Positions 30,221-40,045 of a stretch of DNA of 64,000 nt are shown here, piece after piece. Made by a program: the position numbers and the translations under genes. The first letter of the stretch is position 1; each line of letters begins with the position of its first letter. This DNA is from Polyangiaceae bacterium (GTDB taxonomy: Bacteria > Myxococcota_A > Polyangia > Polyangiales > Polyangiaceae), in contig JBNKBE010000020.1 in NCBI GenBank assembly GCA_050287085.1, forward strand, positions 48,949 to 112,948, in the 5' to 3' direction. The notes under the pieces were generated by a model. It was given only the letters and a program-made list of their open reading frames with translations, was not told where the DNA came from and searched no databases.

Positions 30221-31453
30221 TCAAAACCCTACGCCGAGTCCGAGGCGAGCGCCCGTACCCTCCGGCCCAAACAAATACAGCGCTGTATCGACCACAAGCG
30301 GCCCTCCGTGAACCCCGGCCGAGATCAGCAGACGCACCTGACTGTCCGACCGATGAAGCTCGTCTTCCACGATGCTGGTACCGGCCACCGTCGCCGTGCG
30401 GTCGACAATGGCATCCCATTGGCTAGCCACACCGACGCCCACGCCAACACCGCCTTCCGCGTCCCCCCGGTACGCCGACAGCTCAAGCTCCACCAGCCAA
30501 CGGTCTCGCTGACTGAGTTCGAAACTCGACACAACCTCGGTATCACCCCACAGGCGAGCGCCGCGAACAGCCACCCCCCAGACGTTTCCGAGTGCAACGC
30601 GGACTCCCGCAAGCACCCCGCTGAGCTGGTATTCCGCCGACGGTATCCACGCGAGCTGCCAGCTGAAGCGGCTGAACTCCGGCGCAAAGACCCCCTGCGA
30701 ATCGATACGCTTCGCCAACGCCTCCAATTTTGCCACGGACGTGGCAAAGGAGATCCCATCCGCCTCGGCAATGCGTACCACAACAACTCCCACCACATCG
30801 CCATCGGTCGTCAGCAGCGGCCCGCCTGAGTTTCCTGGGTTAACAGGCGCATCCGTCTGTACATAGTCAGCGGGTGGTGCGCTGACTACGCCCTGGCTGA
30901 TTGCCAGAACAGGCTTCTCGGAGCCCTTTCGGCGACGCTGCTCGGCGCCCCATGGATTGCCGATCGCGGCCACCGGATCTCCTACTTGTCCGAGCTCAGC
31001 AGAAACTGGCTGGAGCACAGGTGCCTCGAGCGACGCCTCGAGCTCCAAAATCGCAAGGTCCCATTCCGCGTCCCACGCAACCACCCGCGCCGCGAGCTTG
31101 CGCCCCTCGGTGGTCACGACGGTCAGCACGCCAGGGCGGTTCACAACGTGCAGCGCGGTGGCCACATGCCGGCTGGAGTGGAAGAGAAAGGCGGTGCCTT
31201 CCGCGTCTCCGCAACTCACGAGCACGATGCTCTTATTGACTTGGTTGTAAAGCCTGCGACCCCAACCTTCAGCTGCCGGGCGCGCCGCTGGCGCCGGCGC
31301 GGGCGTGGTCTCCTCATCCGGCTGCGCTGCGTGCGCCGGACCTGCCACCGCAACGCCCACCAAAGAAACCCCCAAGAGCCTGTGGCCAAGACCTGCTCGC
31401 CTAGCGCCCACGGCCTGCGGGACACGCGCCCCGTAACGTCGTTCGATGCTCAC
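30221..31453 (-). CDS. Secreted trypsin-like (S1C) serine protease, no PDZ, C-terminal beta-strand domain
   Basis: Catalytic triad motifs TALHVV, DLAIL and QTDAPVNPGNSGGP. The C-terminus ends ARLGLGVGF. Confidence 0.85.
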   Translation of the reverse strand: MSIERRYGARVPQAVGARRAGLGHRLLGVSLVGVAVAGPAHAAQPDEETTPAPAPAARPAAEGWGRRLYNQVNKSIVLVSCGDAEGTAFLFHSSRHVATALHVVNRPGVLTVVTTEGRKLAARVVAWDAEWDLAILELEASLEAPVLQPVSAELGQVGDPVAAIGNPWGAEQRRRKGSEKPVLAISQGVVSAPPADYVQTDAPVNPGNSGGPLLTTDGDVVGVVVVRIAEADGISFATSVAKLEALAKRIDSQGVFAPEFSRFSWQLAWIPSAEYQLSGVLAGVRVALGNVWGVAVRGARLWGDTEVVSSFELSQRDRWLVELELSAYRGDAEGGVGVGVGVASQWDAIVDRTATVAGTSIVEDELHRSDSQVRLLISAGVHGGPLVVDTALYLFGPEGTGARLGLGVGF

Positions 31454-31566
31454 AGATAGACTTGTGCCATGAAGTACACCTTCAGCACACCCTCCTGATC
31501 GCCGGGCGGCCGATTCACAGCACTCGCTTCTCTCGAGCGTTCCGAGAGTTTCGCTATAAGACGGGG

Positions 31567-32172
31567 ATGAACGTGTTCCTGGTGCGGCACGCGCAGACCG
31601 AGTGGAACGTCGCCTCGCGGCTACAGGGGCAACTGGACAGCCCCCTCACCCCGGACGGGACGCGGCAGGCCGAAGCGCTAGCTGCGCGTTTGCGCCATCG
31701 GGTAACACATATCGTCACCAGCCCGCTCGGCCGCTGCTTGCAGACGGCCCACATCATTGCCGAGGCCAGCCAGCTGCCAGCCCCAAGTCCAGAGCCCCGT
31801 TGGTCTGAACAACACCTCGGACGCCTACAAGGCAAAGCTATCGCGGAGCTTCGAGGCGCTGACTTTGCCCAATACCTCGAGTGGAAACAGGGTTCACCAG
31901 ACTTCCGTATCGAGGGTGGCGAGACCCGCAGAGACGTACTGGCCCGCAGCAGCGAGGCCCTGCAAGAGATGGCACGCGCCTGCCATGTGGAGTCCCTTTG
32001 TGTCATCACTCATGGCGGTGTACTGAGCGTCTTGCTTCGCGCCCTGCTCGGCATCTCGCTGGAAACACCCCGCCGCTTTCGCCTCGACAACTGCGCATTC
32101 AATCACCTGCGTTACGAACACGGTAGCTTCACCGTAGAGACGCTTGGGGACAGTTCGCATTTGCGCCCCTAG
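31567..32172 (+). CDS. Histidine phosphatase (phosphoglycerate mutase-like)
   Basis: LVRHAQTEWN...QGQLDSPLT, SPL.RC.QTA, GGE, ITHGG. Confidence 0.95.
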   Translation: MNVFLVRHAQTEWNVASRLQGQLDSPLTPDGTRQAEALAARLRHRVTHIVTSPLGRCLQTAHIIAEASQLPAPSPEPRWSEQHLGRLQGKAIAELRGADFAQYLEWKQGSPDFRIEGGETRRDVLARSSEALQEMARACHVESLCVITHGGVLSVLLRALLGISLETPRRFRLDNCAFNHLRYEHGSFTVETLGDSSHLRP

Positions 32173-32655
32173 CTGTCCCATACTCCAGGGGACGCGGCGG
32201 GCTCATCCGCCCCTTCGAACTTGCTCGAGACCCAACGGTCCGGGCAGCACTCCGGGGCACTTCGCATTTGCGCCGCCACCGCAACCCGACGTCCGGTCCG
32301 CAAGGGTCGCGTTTGGAGCCTGGGATCTGGAGGGTTTGGGTCGAGACGCGGCGCGACGCGGTCAGACGCCTCTCGCTCCGAGTGCGCTTTTACGCTGGAC
32401 TGACGTGCCGAAACGCTCCCTCTTTGCGGCCCAAGTGGAATCACCCTTGACGCACCACACGTCTAGAAACGGAGTGCTCCGTTCTGGATGCGGGCCAGAT
32501 CGCATGGCTTCCGTCGAACGCACAACAGCGATAACTCGCTACAGCAGCCGATAGCGCAGCTGATACGGTGCGCGGGTAGGCGCCACGAGCATAGCCACTG
32601 TGCCGGCACCCGAACACGCCCGCGCGACTCATCGCCCGGGGCGAGAGCGACTGAT

Positions 32656-35600
32656 ATGACAAAAGCACTTTGGACTTGGACCCTTGGATTCAGCGGAGCC
32701 CTCCTGCTGCTCCTGTCTTTGACCGGCTGCGCCGATAGCGCACCGGCCAACACAGGCAGGGTGGTCCTCGCACTGCAAGGCGACATGTCGTTCCCCGATG
32801 ACCTCGACACGTTGCGACTTCAAGCAACGATCGCGGGAGAAACAGTCGCCGACGAACACTACGACATCGCGCCTACAGGACGCACCCAACTGCCAGTCAC
32901 CCTCGAGCTCGGTGAAGGCTTCGGTCCCCGTTCAGAAGTCACGGCCACCCTCCTCGGTCTCTCCAAGGGCCGCACTCTCACTCTGGCCCGTGCTCAAACA
33001 ACCTTACCTGAACACGGAAAGCGACTGCTGCACCTTGCCGCGCAGTGGCTGTGCCGCGAGCCGCTAGAGGGCACGGATCCCAAGACTACTCGCGGCCAGT
33101 GTCGCGACGACGAAACATGTGTCGCTGGCAAATGCGCCAGCGCTCGGATCGACGTCGCATCGCTCCTTGAAACCGACGGGAGCGGCATCTTGGGTGACGG
33201 ATCGGAAGATGGCGGCACAAACACGTGCTTTCCGACGGTGGAGTGCTTCGCTGGAGGCGTCGATCTCGCGGTCGGCGGCGACTGTACGGTGGAGCTCAAC
33301 GTGCCGACGGAGGGAGCTCCAAACTTCGGTCTCGTGATGGCCCCAGGGCAGGGCGGCATCGGCGAAGGCGAAGGCGAAGGCGAAGGCGAGCACTACATCC
33401 CGCTGAATGAAGGCCAACTAGGATGGCTGCGCCTAACGCGGCGAGGGGCGACGCGAGTCAAAGCCCAACTCCCCACGGCCGTCTGTGATGAACTCAAAGC
33501 AGGTACCGTTGTGGCAGTGAGGGGGACTGCCACCTGCCCAACGAAGACACTGGCGCTGCCAACTTGTGGTCCATGGTCGAGCGTCGACGACAAAGTGGAG
33601 GTGGCCGTTTTGCACAACGCCCCCCCGCCTGAAGAGCCGCGGGACGCTGCGACTCCCACGGACGCTGGGGCTCCAGGCGACGCTGCCATTCCAGGCGACG
33701 CAAGCGCCCCCGCATCTCCCACCGACCCGCCCCCCCCTACGCTCATCATCGAATTTCCCACGGGTGAAGCGCCCGAAAACCTGCCGCCAGGCGCATCGAT
33801 CCAATTGGAGATCCCCGGCATTCCCCCGGCGGACGCAGCCTGGACTTCGGACGACGAGGCCGTGGCAACCGTCTCAAAGGACGGTGTCCTGACAACCCAC
33901 GCACCCGGAACGGCCATCATCCGAGTCACAAGTAGCGCAGGCTCCGGCACCGTGTTGATCACCGTTGCCGACTCGGGACTCGGCGTCGTCATCAGGTCCA
34001 AGCTGGTCGAGCTCACGATCGTGTTCGATGGGACAGGACAATCCTCGTTGCTTGTAGACGAGACGCTTCAACTGAGAGCGTCGGGCACCTACACAAACGG
34101 GGACGTTCGCGACGTGACCGCCCAAGCCACTTGGTCTTCGAGCGCAAGCGACGCGCTAGAGTTCACTAGCCCCGGAAATATACTGGGATTGAGCCCCGGC
34201 ACCGCACTGGTTCGGGCCGAGCTCGACGGCGTCGCAACAAGCCTGGTGGTGAGCGTGGGTGAGGCCGCGGAACCCAGCGCTGACGCTGGAAGCACGCCCC
34301 GTCCCATACCAGTTGCCCTGACAGCTAGCGGTCTGAACGGCCCCCTCTGGCCCGGAGAAAGCGCCTCCCTGATAGCGCAAGCCACCTACGACGACGACAG
34401 CGTCAGGATGGTTACCACCGACGTCGCTTGGCGCAGCGACAACGAGAGTGTCGTTCGCGTTTCCGCAGGCGGAATCGTTTCGGCGCTGAGCGTTGGCACG
34501 AGCACCATTCACGGCACCTGGAACAACCTGTCGCTAGCGCTCGAGGTAGATGTCGTGGCCGCCGAATTGGTCACGCTCACCCTGGCTCCGATCGAACCTT
34601 TGCCCGCTGGCCTCGGCGAACAGCTCTTGGTTGTGGGCAGCTACGGCGACGATACAGAACAGCCCCTGACCTCCGGACTGTCGTGGAATAGTAGTGACGA
34701 AGGTGTCGCGACCGTGTCACCCACCGGTTTGTTGACCGGCATCAACCCGGGCGCAGTGACGGTCGAGGTTGTGGACGAAGCAAGCGGACTATCCGACGCG
34801 ATCGACGTGATAGTCACCGACGTTGTCCCAGTGAAACTCTCAATCCCGGCGATTGAAGCCGTTCCAGCTGGCATGTCAACGTCGCTTGAAGCGCTCATGA
34901 CACTCAGCGACGGTAGCGAGCGCGTCGCGCCCCACGGTGGCGAAACCGGGGTGCAGTGGAGCAGTGGTGATACCACCGTGGTCTCTGTCACGAGTGCCGG
35001 GAGCGCAAAGGCGCTCATTCCCGGGACGGCCAAGGTCGTTGCAACCCTCGGCGACCTCTACGCCGACGCCGAGTTTCAAGTCACAAGCGCCATCCCGGTA
35101 GCACTGACCTTATCCCCCGCCCGCGCCCAAATGGCGGTTGGAGATAAGCTCAGCCTCACGGCCCAAGGCAGCTACAGCGACGGCAGCACCGAGGATGTTG
35201 GCAAGGCCGCCACGTGGACCACCGCCGACGATACTCTCGCCAGCGTAAGCGCAGGTGTGGTTACCGCCGTGAAGCCCGGCGCGACCTCCGTGACTGCCAG
35301 CTGGAACGGCTTCGTCGCCAAGTCCGAGCTCACGGTAGAGCAGGCGCCGTCTCCCTTTGAGCTGTTGATGGTCGACGATAGCGGCATGCATCAGCCAAGT
35401 CGCCCCTACCAGTACCAGTCCGTCCGCTACGCCCTCGTTCAGACCCGCTCGAACACCGTAGTGGCGTCAACGCTGAAGGTCGAAGGCGGAGAGCTGCTCT
35501 CGAGCAACCAGGGGATCCATACGGTGCGCTTCAACGCCCAATCGGCCTCATTGGTCGTTGGCTACCAAAGCGAAACCTACGTCCTCGATGTGCAGCCCCT

Positions 35601-37005
35601 TCCGGCACAGAAGCTACACTTCGCGACGGATGGCAGCCTCATTCCCGTCGCATGGACGGTTCCGTGGGGTACTCGCTATTCCCCGCAATTCGTGTTCGAA
35701 TACGAAGACGCAACCCACCACACGGCCCCCTCAGACCTCTCGGTCACGCTCAGCGTGGTCGGCGCGGGCTACGCGGCAGGAGTGGTTGCCTTCGATGAAG
35801 CCGCCAGCGCACGTCTGCAAGCGTCGTTCGGCAACCTGTCCACAACAACAGACGTCACCGTCGAGGCCGTAGCGCTCGCCCTCGACTTGGTGCTGCGCGA
35901 TCCTTCAGAAACGCTCTTGCCGCCGGAAGCCACCTTTCCGGTCGGCACGATTCTAGAAGTAAGCGTCCGCGCCTCGCTCCGCAATGAACCCGCGCGCGAC
36001 GTCACAGCCCAAGCCCGCTGGACGCCACAAGATGCGGTAGAAGGCGTTGCCGGAGCACCGCCCCTAGCCCGTTTGAGGCTCGCCACCGCAGGCTCAAAGA
36101 CCTTCGCGGTGGCTTGGGGCGGCATCGAGCGCAGCTACACCGTGACCGCTACGGCTCCGACGCCACCCCAAGTGGTGGTGACCCCGTCGCTCTTGGTGGC
36201 CGAGGTTGGAACTGACGCCGCATTCCGAGCCCAGTTGAAATCGGACAACGGAAGCGTCGACATCACGGATGACGCGACGTGGCCCACGATCCCGGGACTC
36301 ACCATGGGGGCTCCGGGATCCTACCGCATCGGATTGGCGACGACACTTCAAGACTATCCCATTACGGTCAAGTACGAAAAGGCTCCGTCCACCCCCGCAA
36401 CCGCGACGCTGCGCGTCGTCGCGCGGCAGCCCCAGCTGCTCATCGTCAACAAAGACGACGGGGCCCCCGGCCCACTCGCAGTCGACGCTGGTGAGACCTG
36501 GCACCTCTTGCTCGTAAACAACGATCAGTCGATACGAATCCCGGCATCCAAGGCGACCTGGAGCGTGAGCGACGGCATCACGTTCGAGGGACGGTCTGGT
36601 CACGCCGTTGGGAGGAGCGTCGGCGATTGGGTGATAAGTGCCACCTACACTTCCGACGCTGGCCCCCTCGTCGCCCAGGCCACCGTCAAGGTCGAACCCA
36701 CTTGGCGCTTCTCGCCCGATATCTCCCAGCTGCCGATGAAAGGGTCGACCACAATCTCCAGCGCCACGATGTTGGTAGCGCCAGGGGTCGCTGTCGAAGC
36801 ACACGTCCTCTCAGCCCAAGGGCAAGTCAGTCTCAGTCCCGATGACGACCGAACGCTCCTAACGCAGGACGCGGGCTCCGGTTCGGTGACCTTTGAGGCG
36901 ACCTACAACACCAAGGTGTACACCTACCTACAACCAGTCACAGTGCTGCCGATTCAGCTAGCAGCAACGGAACCTAGCACCAGCCCCGGGTCCGTCATCC
37001 CGTAA
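32656..37005 (+). CDS. Large surface lipoprotein with multiple Ig-like (Big_2/intimin-like) domains
   Basis: Lipobox LTGC, Cys-rich N-terminal region, and repeated G.Y.D....VT....W.S.D..VA.V...G......G...I units. Confidence 0.85.
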   Translation: MTKALWTWTLGFSGALLLLLSLTGCADSAPANTGRVVLALQGDMSFPDDLDTLRLQATIAGETVADEHYDIAPTGRTQLPVTLELGEGFGPRSEVTATLLGLSKGRTLTLARAQTTLPEHGKRLLHLAAQWLCREPLEGTDPKTTRGQCRDDETCVAGKCASARIDVASLLETDGSGILGDGSEDGGTNTCFPTVECFAGGVDLAVGGDCTVELNVPTEGAPNFGLVMAPGQGGIGEGEGEGEGEHYIPLNEGQLGWLRLTRRGATRVKAQLPTAVCDELKAGTVVAVRGTATCPTKTLALPTCGPWSSVDDKVEVAVLHNAPPPEEPRDAATPTDAGAPGDAAIPGDASAPASPTDPPPPTLIIEFPTGEAPENLPPGASIQLEIPGIPPADAAWTSDDEAVATVSKDGVLTTHAPGTAIIRVTSSAGSGTVLITVADSGLGVVIRSKLVELTIVFDGTGQSSLLVDETLQLRASGTYTNGDVRDVTAQATWSSSASDALEFTSPGNILGLSPGTALVRAELDGVATSLVVSVGEAAEPSADAGSTPRPIPVALTASGLNGPLWPGESASLIAQATYDDDSVRMVTTDVAWRSDNESVVRVSAGGIVSALSVGTSTIHGTWNNLSLALEVDVVAAELVTLTLAPIEPLPAGLGEQLLVVGSYGDDTEQPLTSGLSWNSSDEGVATVSPTGLLTGINPGAVTVEVVDEASGLSDAIDVIVTDVVPVKLSIPAIEAVPAGMSTSLEALMTLSDGSERVAPHGGETGVQWSSGDTTVVSVTSAGSAKALIPGTAKVVATLGDLYADAEFQVTSAIPVALTLSPARAQMAVGDKLSLTAQGSYSDGSTEDVGKAATWTTADDTLASVSAGVVTAVKPGATSVTASWNGFVAKSELTVEQAPSPFELLMVDDSGMHQPSRPYQYQSVRYALVQTRSNTVVASTLKVEGGELLSSNQGIHTVRFNAQSASLVVGYQSETYVLDVQPLPAQKLHFATDGSLIPVAWTVPWGTRYSPQFVFEYEDATHHTAPSDLSVTLSVVGAGYAAGVVAFDEAASARLQASFGNLSTTTDVTVEAVALALDLVLRDPSETLLPPEATFPVGTILEVSVRASLRNEPARDVTAQARWTPQDAVEGVAGAPPLARLRLATAGSKTFAVAWGGIERSYTVTATAPTPPQVVVTPSLLVAEVGTDAAFRAQLKSDNGSVDITDDATWPTIPGLTMGAPGSYRIGLATTLQDYPITVKYEKAPSTPATATLRVVARQPQLLIVNKDDGAPGPLAVDAGETWHLLLVNNDQSIRIPASKATWSVSDGITFEGRSGHAVGRSVGDWVISATYTSDAGPLVAQATVKVEPTWRFSPDISQLPMKGSTTISSATMLVAPGVAVEAHVLSAQGQVSLSPDDDRTLLTQDAGSGSVTFEATYNTKVYTYLQPVTVLPIQLAATEPSTSPGSVIP
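33361..33390 (+). repeat. (GGCGAA)4-GGCGAG in-frame microsatellite (GE repeat)
   Basis: Read directly from the sequence. Encodes GEGEGEGEGE. Confidence 0.9.
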
Positions 37006-37085
37006 AGAACAGCGCACAGTCCCGGTTCAGGTCTACCGATCACGACCCGCTACAGAAGGGTGGCAAGCAGCCCGTTCTGAGAGAG

Positions 37086-37529
37086 ATGCACCCGGCACCC
37101 ACCATCGTCTACGAGGTCATCAGCGAACCGAAGCTGGTCCTCACCGTGCAGCTTCAGGCCAGTCCACGGGACGACGAGTGGTCGAGGTATCTCGACGTGG
37201 TCTTCAGCCAGGGGCGCGAAAGACTGGCGTGGAGCACCCTCGTCGTCTCCCACGGTGGCCGCCCTTCCCGATCGCAGATCGCCCAGCTTCAGCAGCGCGC
37301 CGCGACAAGCAAGCCAGCCCCCGTCGCGATGGTAACCGATTCACCTGCCATTCGCTTCATCGTCTCGGCGCTCTCCTTATTGAACCCACGTCTCCGCGCT
37401 TTTCGGCTCAGCGATCTGGAACTGGCGCTAGAGTACATGCAGGTCCCATCCGCGCGCCGGCAATTAGTGCGCGACACTCTTGTTTGCCTCGAAACAGCTC
37501 TCAGAGACGCGCAAAACGTCGCGGCATAA
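37086..37529 (+). CDS. STAS/SEC14-like myxobacterial hypothetical protein
   Basis: P.D.EW..YL, LVVS.GG.P...Q, VA.VTDS...R..V.AL......AF....AL pattern. Confidence 0.55.
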   Translation: MHPAPTIVYEVISEPKLVLTVQLQASPRDDEWSRYLDVVFSQGRERLAWSTLVVSHGGRPSRSQIAQLQQRAATSKPAPVAMVTDSPAIRFIVSALSLLNPRLRAFRLSDLELALEYMQVPSARRQLVRDTLVCLETALRDAQNVAA

Positions 37530-37641
37530 TCTGCGTGGGTCCCTCACCCATGGTCACCGCTCAACCGCTGGGACGTGTCGGCCCAAGGCGCCCAAGAGCA
37601 AGAGACTTGCGCGAACACAGACGCTCACAGAAGCTCGCTTC

Positions 37642-38025
37642 ATGGTGTGCATCTATGGCTTGGCAGGCCGCCTCGACCCCATCAAGGCGCAACTCTCAGA
37701 CGTCGTCCATGGCGCGATCTGCGCCACGCTCGGGCTACCGGAGGACAAGCGGGCTCACCGCTTCTTCCCGATGGCAAGAGACGACTTCTATGCTCCTGCC
37801 GGGCGCAGCGACGCGTACACGGTGATCGAAATATCCATCATGCAGGGGCGCTCCGTCCAAGCGAAGAAGGCGCTCATCAAGCAGCTCTTCGAGGACCTGC
37901 GGTCGCGGCTAAACATCTCCCCGGTTGACGTTGAAATCACCCTCTTCGAGCAGCCTCCTCATTGCTGGGGCTTCCGAGGTATGACAGGCGACGAAGCCAA
38001 GCTGGGCTACAACGTCAACGTCTAG
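37642..38025 (+). CDS. Tautomerase-family protein
   Basis: IYGL, LSDVVH......LGLPEDKR.HRF, RSDAYT.IEI...GRS..AKK.LI, and WGFRG..GDE..L.Y.V.V. Confidence 0.85.
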   Translation: MVCIYGLAGRLDPIKAQLSDVVHGAICATLGLPEDKRAHRFFPMARDDFYAPAGRSDAYTVIEISIMQGRSVQAKKALIKQLFEDLRSRLNISPVDVEITLFEQPPHCWGFRGMTGDEAKLGYNVNV

Positions 38026-38064
38026 AGAGCTGCGACCGGGAGCTCGTGCCAGACTTCGCTTGGC

Positions 38065-39249
38065 TCAGCCAAAGCGAACGCTATAGATGGGGGGCAGGTT
38101 GTTGGCGAGCGTGCGCCAGGTCTCGCCGCGATCCTCGCTCAGGTAGAGGTTCCCGGTGGTGCTGCCAAACGCAACCCTATCGTCGCAGACACTCAGCGCA
38201 TGACGGTACACAACGTCATAGGCATTATCTTGGGGCAGTCCGGTGCGAAGCTGTTGCCAACTCTCACCACCGTCTTGAGTTCGAGCTACAAAGAGGCCCC
38301 CATCCAACGCCATACGCTTCTGGTCGGACACTCCAGGCACCACCCACGCCGTCCTGCCGTCTCTCGCGTCTGCCGCAATCGGGAACCCGAAGTGCACACC
38401 TTTTTCCGGCTGGCTCACCTTCTTCCAGGAAGTCGCCCCATCCGAGCTATAGAAGACACCGCAGTGGTTCTGCTGCCAGACGTGTTCCGGCGCCGCGGCA
38501 CAAGATTGCACATAGTGGGCGTCATGCCCCCACTCAGCATTAGGATCGGGCAAGTAGTCGTTGGTCATGCCGCGATTGCTGCCGCGCCAAGTCTGCCCGC
38601 CATCATCGCTGGACAACACGCCAGCGGTTGAGATGGCGACGCGGATTTTGTCGGGAGCCCCAGGGTGAATATCAATGGAGTGGATGCCAGGCGCGAACTC
38701 CCCCCCTTCCGAAGCCGGAGTACCAAACCAATGGGTGGCACGGTCGCGCAGCTCCTGCTCCGTCAACGCTCCAACGAATAGGTTCCCGCCGCGGCTGTAG
38801 TGATCCCATAGGGGGCGATTGAGCTCAAACGAAGCGCCTCCGTCGCGAGACACAAAAAGCCCGCCGGGGATAGTTCCCACGTAGACATGCCCCGGTGCAC
38901 CAAAAGCAATAACCCAGAGCTTGAGCAGAACTGCGTCCCGCAGTGTGAAACGCGTTGGCTCGTCTTCGCCCTCCTCACCTGGGTTCGGTGGCGCCAAGTA
39001 GCGAGCTCCCTCAGGGTACTTGACTTGGGCCGCATCGCTCCAGGTTTCTCCGTAGTCTGTCGAACGGGATAGTTTGGCACCCCAATGCCCAAACCCAAGC
39101 GCGGCCCAAAGATCACCGCTATTCGGATCGGCGACGAGAAAGTTGACGCTCGTACCAGCGTGCCCGATCAGGCGCGGCCGGTAGCCCGTCACACCGGACT
39201 CTGCGACGAAACTCCCCTTGCGGGTCCCAATCAGTATCCGAGCTGCCAT
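38065..39249 (-). CDS. BNR/Asp-box (sialidase-like, WD40/YVTN) beta-propeller
   Basis: LIGTRKG, repeated S.DGG.TW Asp boxes, QQNHCGVF, FGFPIA, FGSTTG, LPPIYSV. No signal peptide. Confidence 0.9.
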   Translation of the reverse strand: MAARILIGTRKGSFVAESGVTGYRPRLIGHAGTSVNFLVADPNSGDLWAALGFGHWGAKLSRSTDYGETWSDAAQVKYPEGARYLAPPNPGEEGEDEPTRFTLRDAVLLKLWVIAFGAPGHVYVGTIPGGLFVSRDGGASFELNRPLWDHYSRGGNLFVGALTEQELRDRATHWFGTPASEGGEFAPGIHSIDIHPGAPDKIRVAISTAGVLSSDDGGQTWRGSNRGMTNDYLPDPNAEWGHDAHYVQSCAAAPEHVWQQNHCGVFYSSDGATSWKKVSQPEKGVHFGFPIAADARDGRTAWVVPGVSDQKRMALDGGLFVARTQDGGESWQQLRTGLPQDNAYDVVYRHALSVCDDRVAFGSTTGNLYLSEDRGETWRTLANNLPPIYSVRFG

Positions 39250-39317
39250 AACAACCTCCGGCGTGTGACGCTAGCCTCCTCCGGATGTTGACGCAACGGG
39301 TTGTGTGCCTCCCGCCA

Positions 39318-39596
39318 TCAACCCCCACTCAAGGCCTGCGCGATGAATACGCGACTCGAGGGTGCCACCACGTCCCGCAGAGCGGTACGATCAACCACCA
39401 ATTGGTCATCCACGAAGATGTTGACATGGCGCCTCAGCCGGCCCCGTTCATCACAAATGTAAAAGCCGACGCCCGGAGCCAGCAACTCCAGTTCGGCCAC
39501 CAAGGCTGCAACCGTGGTGCCTTGCAGATGAAAAGGTCCCTCGCGGAGGGACGGAAAGAGCGCCGGCAAATGGCGAGTAAAACTCACTTCGGCCAC
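39318..39596 (-). CDS. MoaD/ThiS ubiquitin-like protein
   Basis: TVAALV..L, DE.GRLRRHVNIFVD, and C-terminal QALSGG. Confidence 0.9.
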   Translation of the reverse strand: MAEVSFTRHLPALFPSLREGPFHLQGTTVAALVAELELLAPGVGFYICDERGRLRRHVNIFVDDQLVVDRTALRDVVAPSSRVFIAQALSGG

Positions 39597-40045
39597 CGAC
39601 GGAGTCTGCGCTCCCCCCTCGTTCGGGGCAATACTTTTCCCTACTGGCAAGCTCGAGTGGGCCTACGACAACCTCGCGAGGCGCGTCTGCTGCGCTCACA
39701 GATGCTTTCTGGCGGCCTCACCGCTAAGCTCCGAGCGGCCGCGGGGGCCGTCGGAACAGCGCGACCGACTGCCCCCTGGCACAGCTGCATCCGCCCTATG
39801 CCACGCTCCGAACCCACGCGGGCCGCCGGGGCTTGTGTGACTCCCTAAGGCTACCAGCCCCGTTTCCGGGCAGACCATGCACTGCTCCCCCCCCCGTAGG
39901 ACCCCGCGGCAAGGCAAACGGCTCACGGTCGACTCATACCAGCCGGACCGCGTACCAGCCGAAACGCGGGCGACCGGCGGAGTCGGCGGAGACCTGCAAT
40001 GGACTTTTGAACGCCCGTCCGATCCTTGCTACGACTCGTTCAGTC

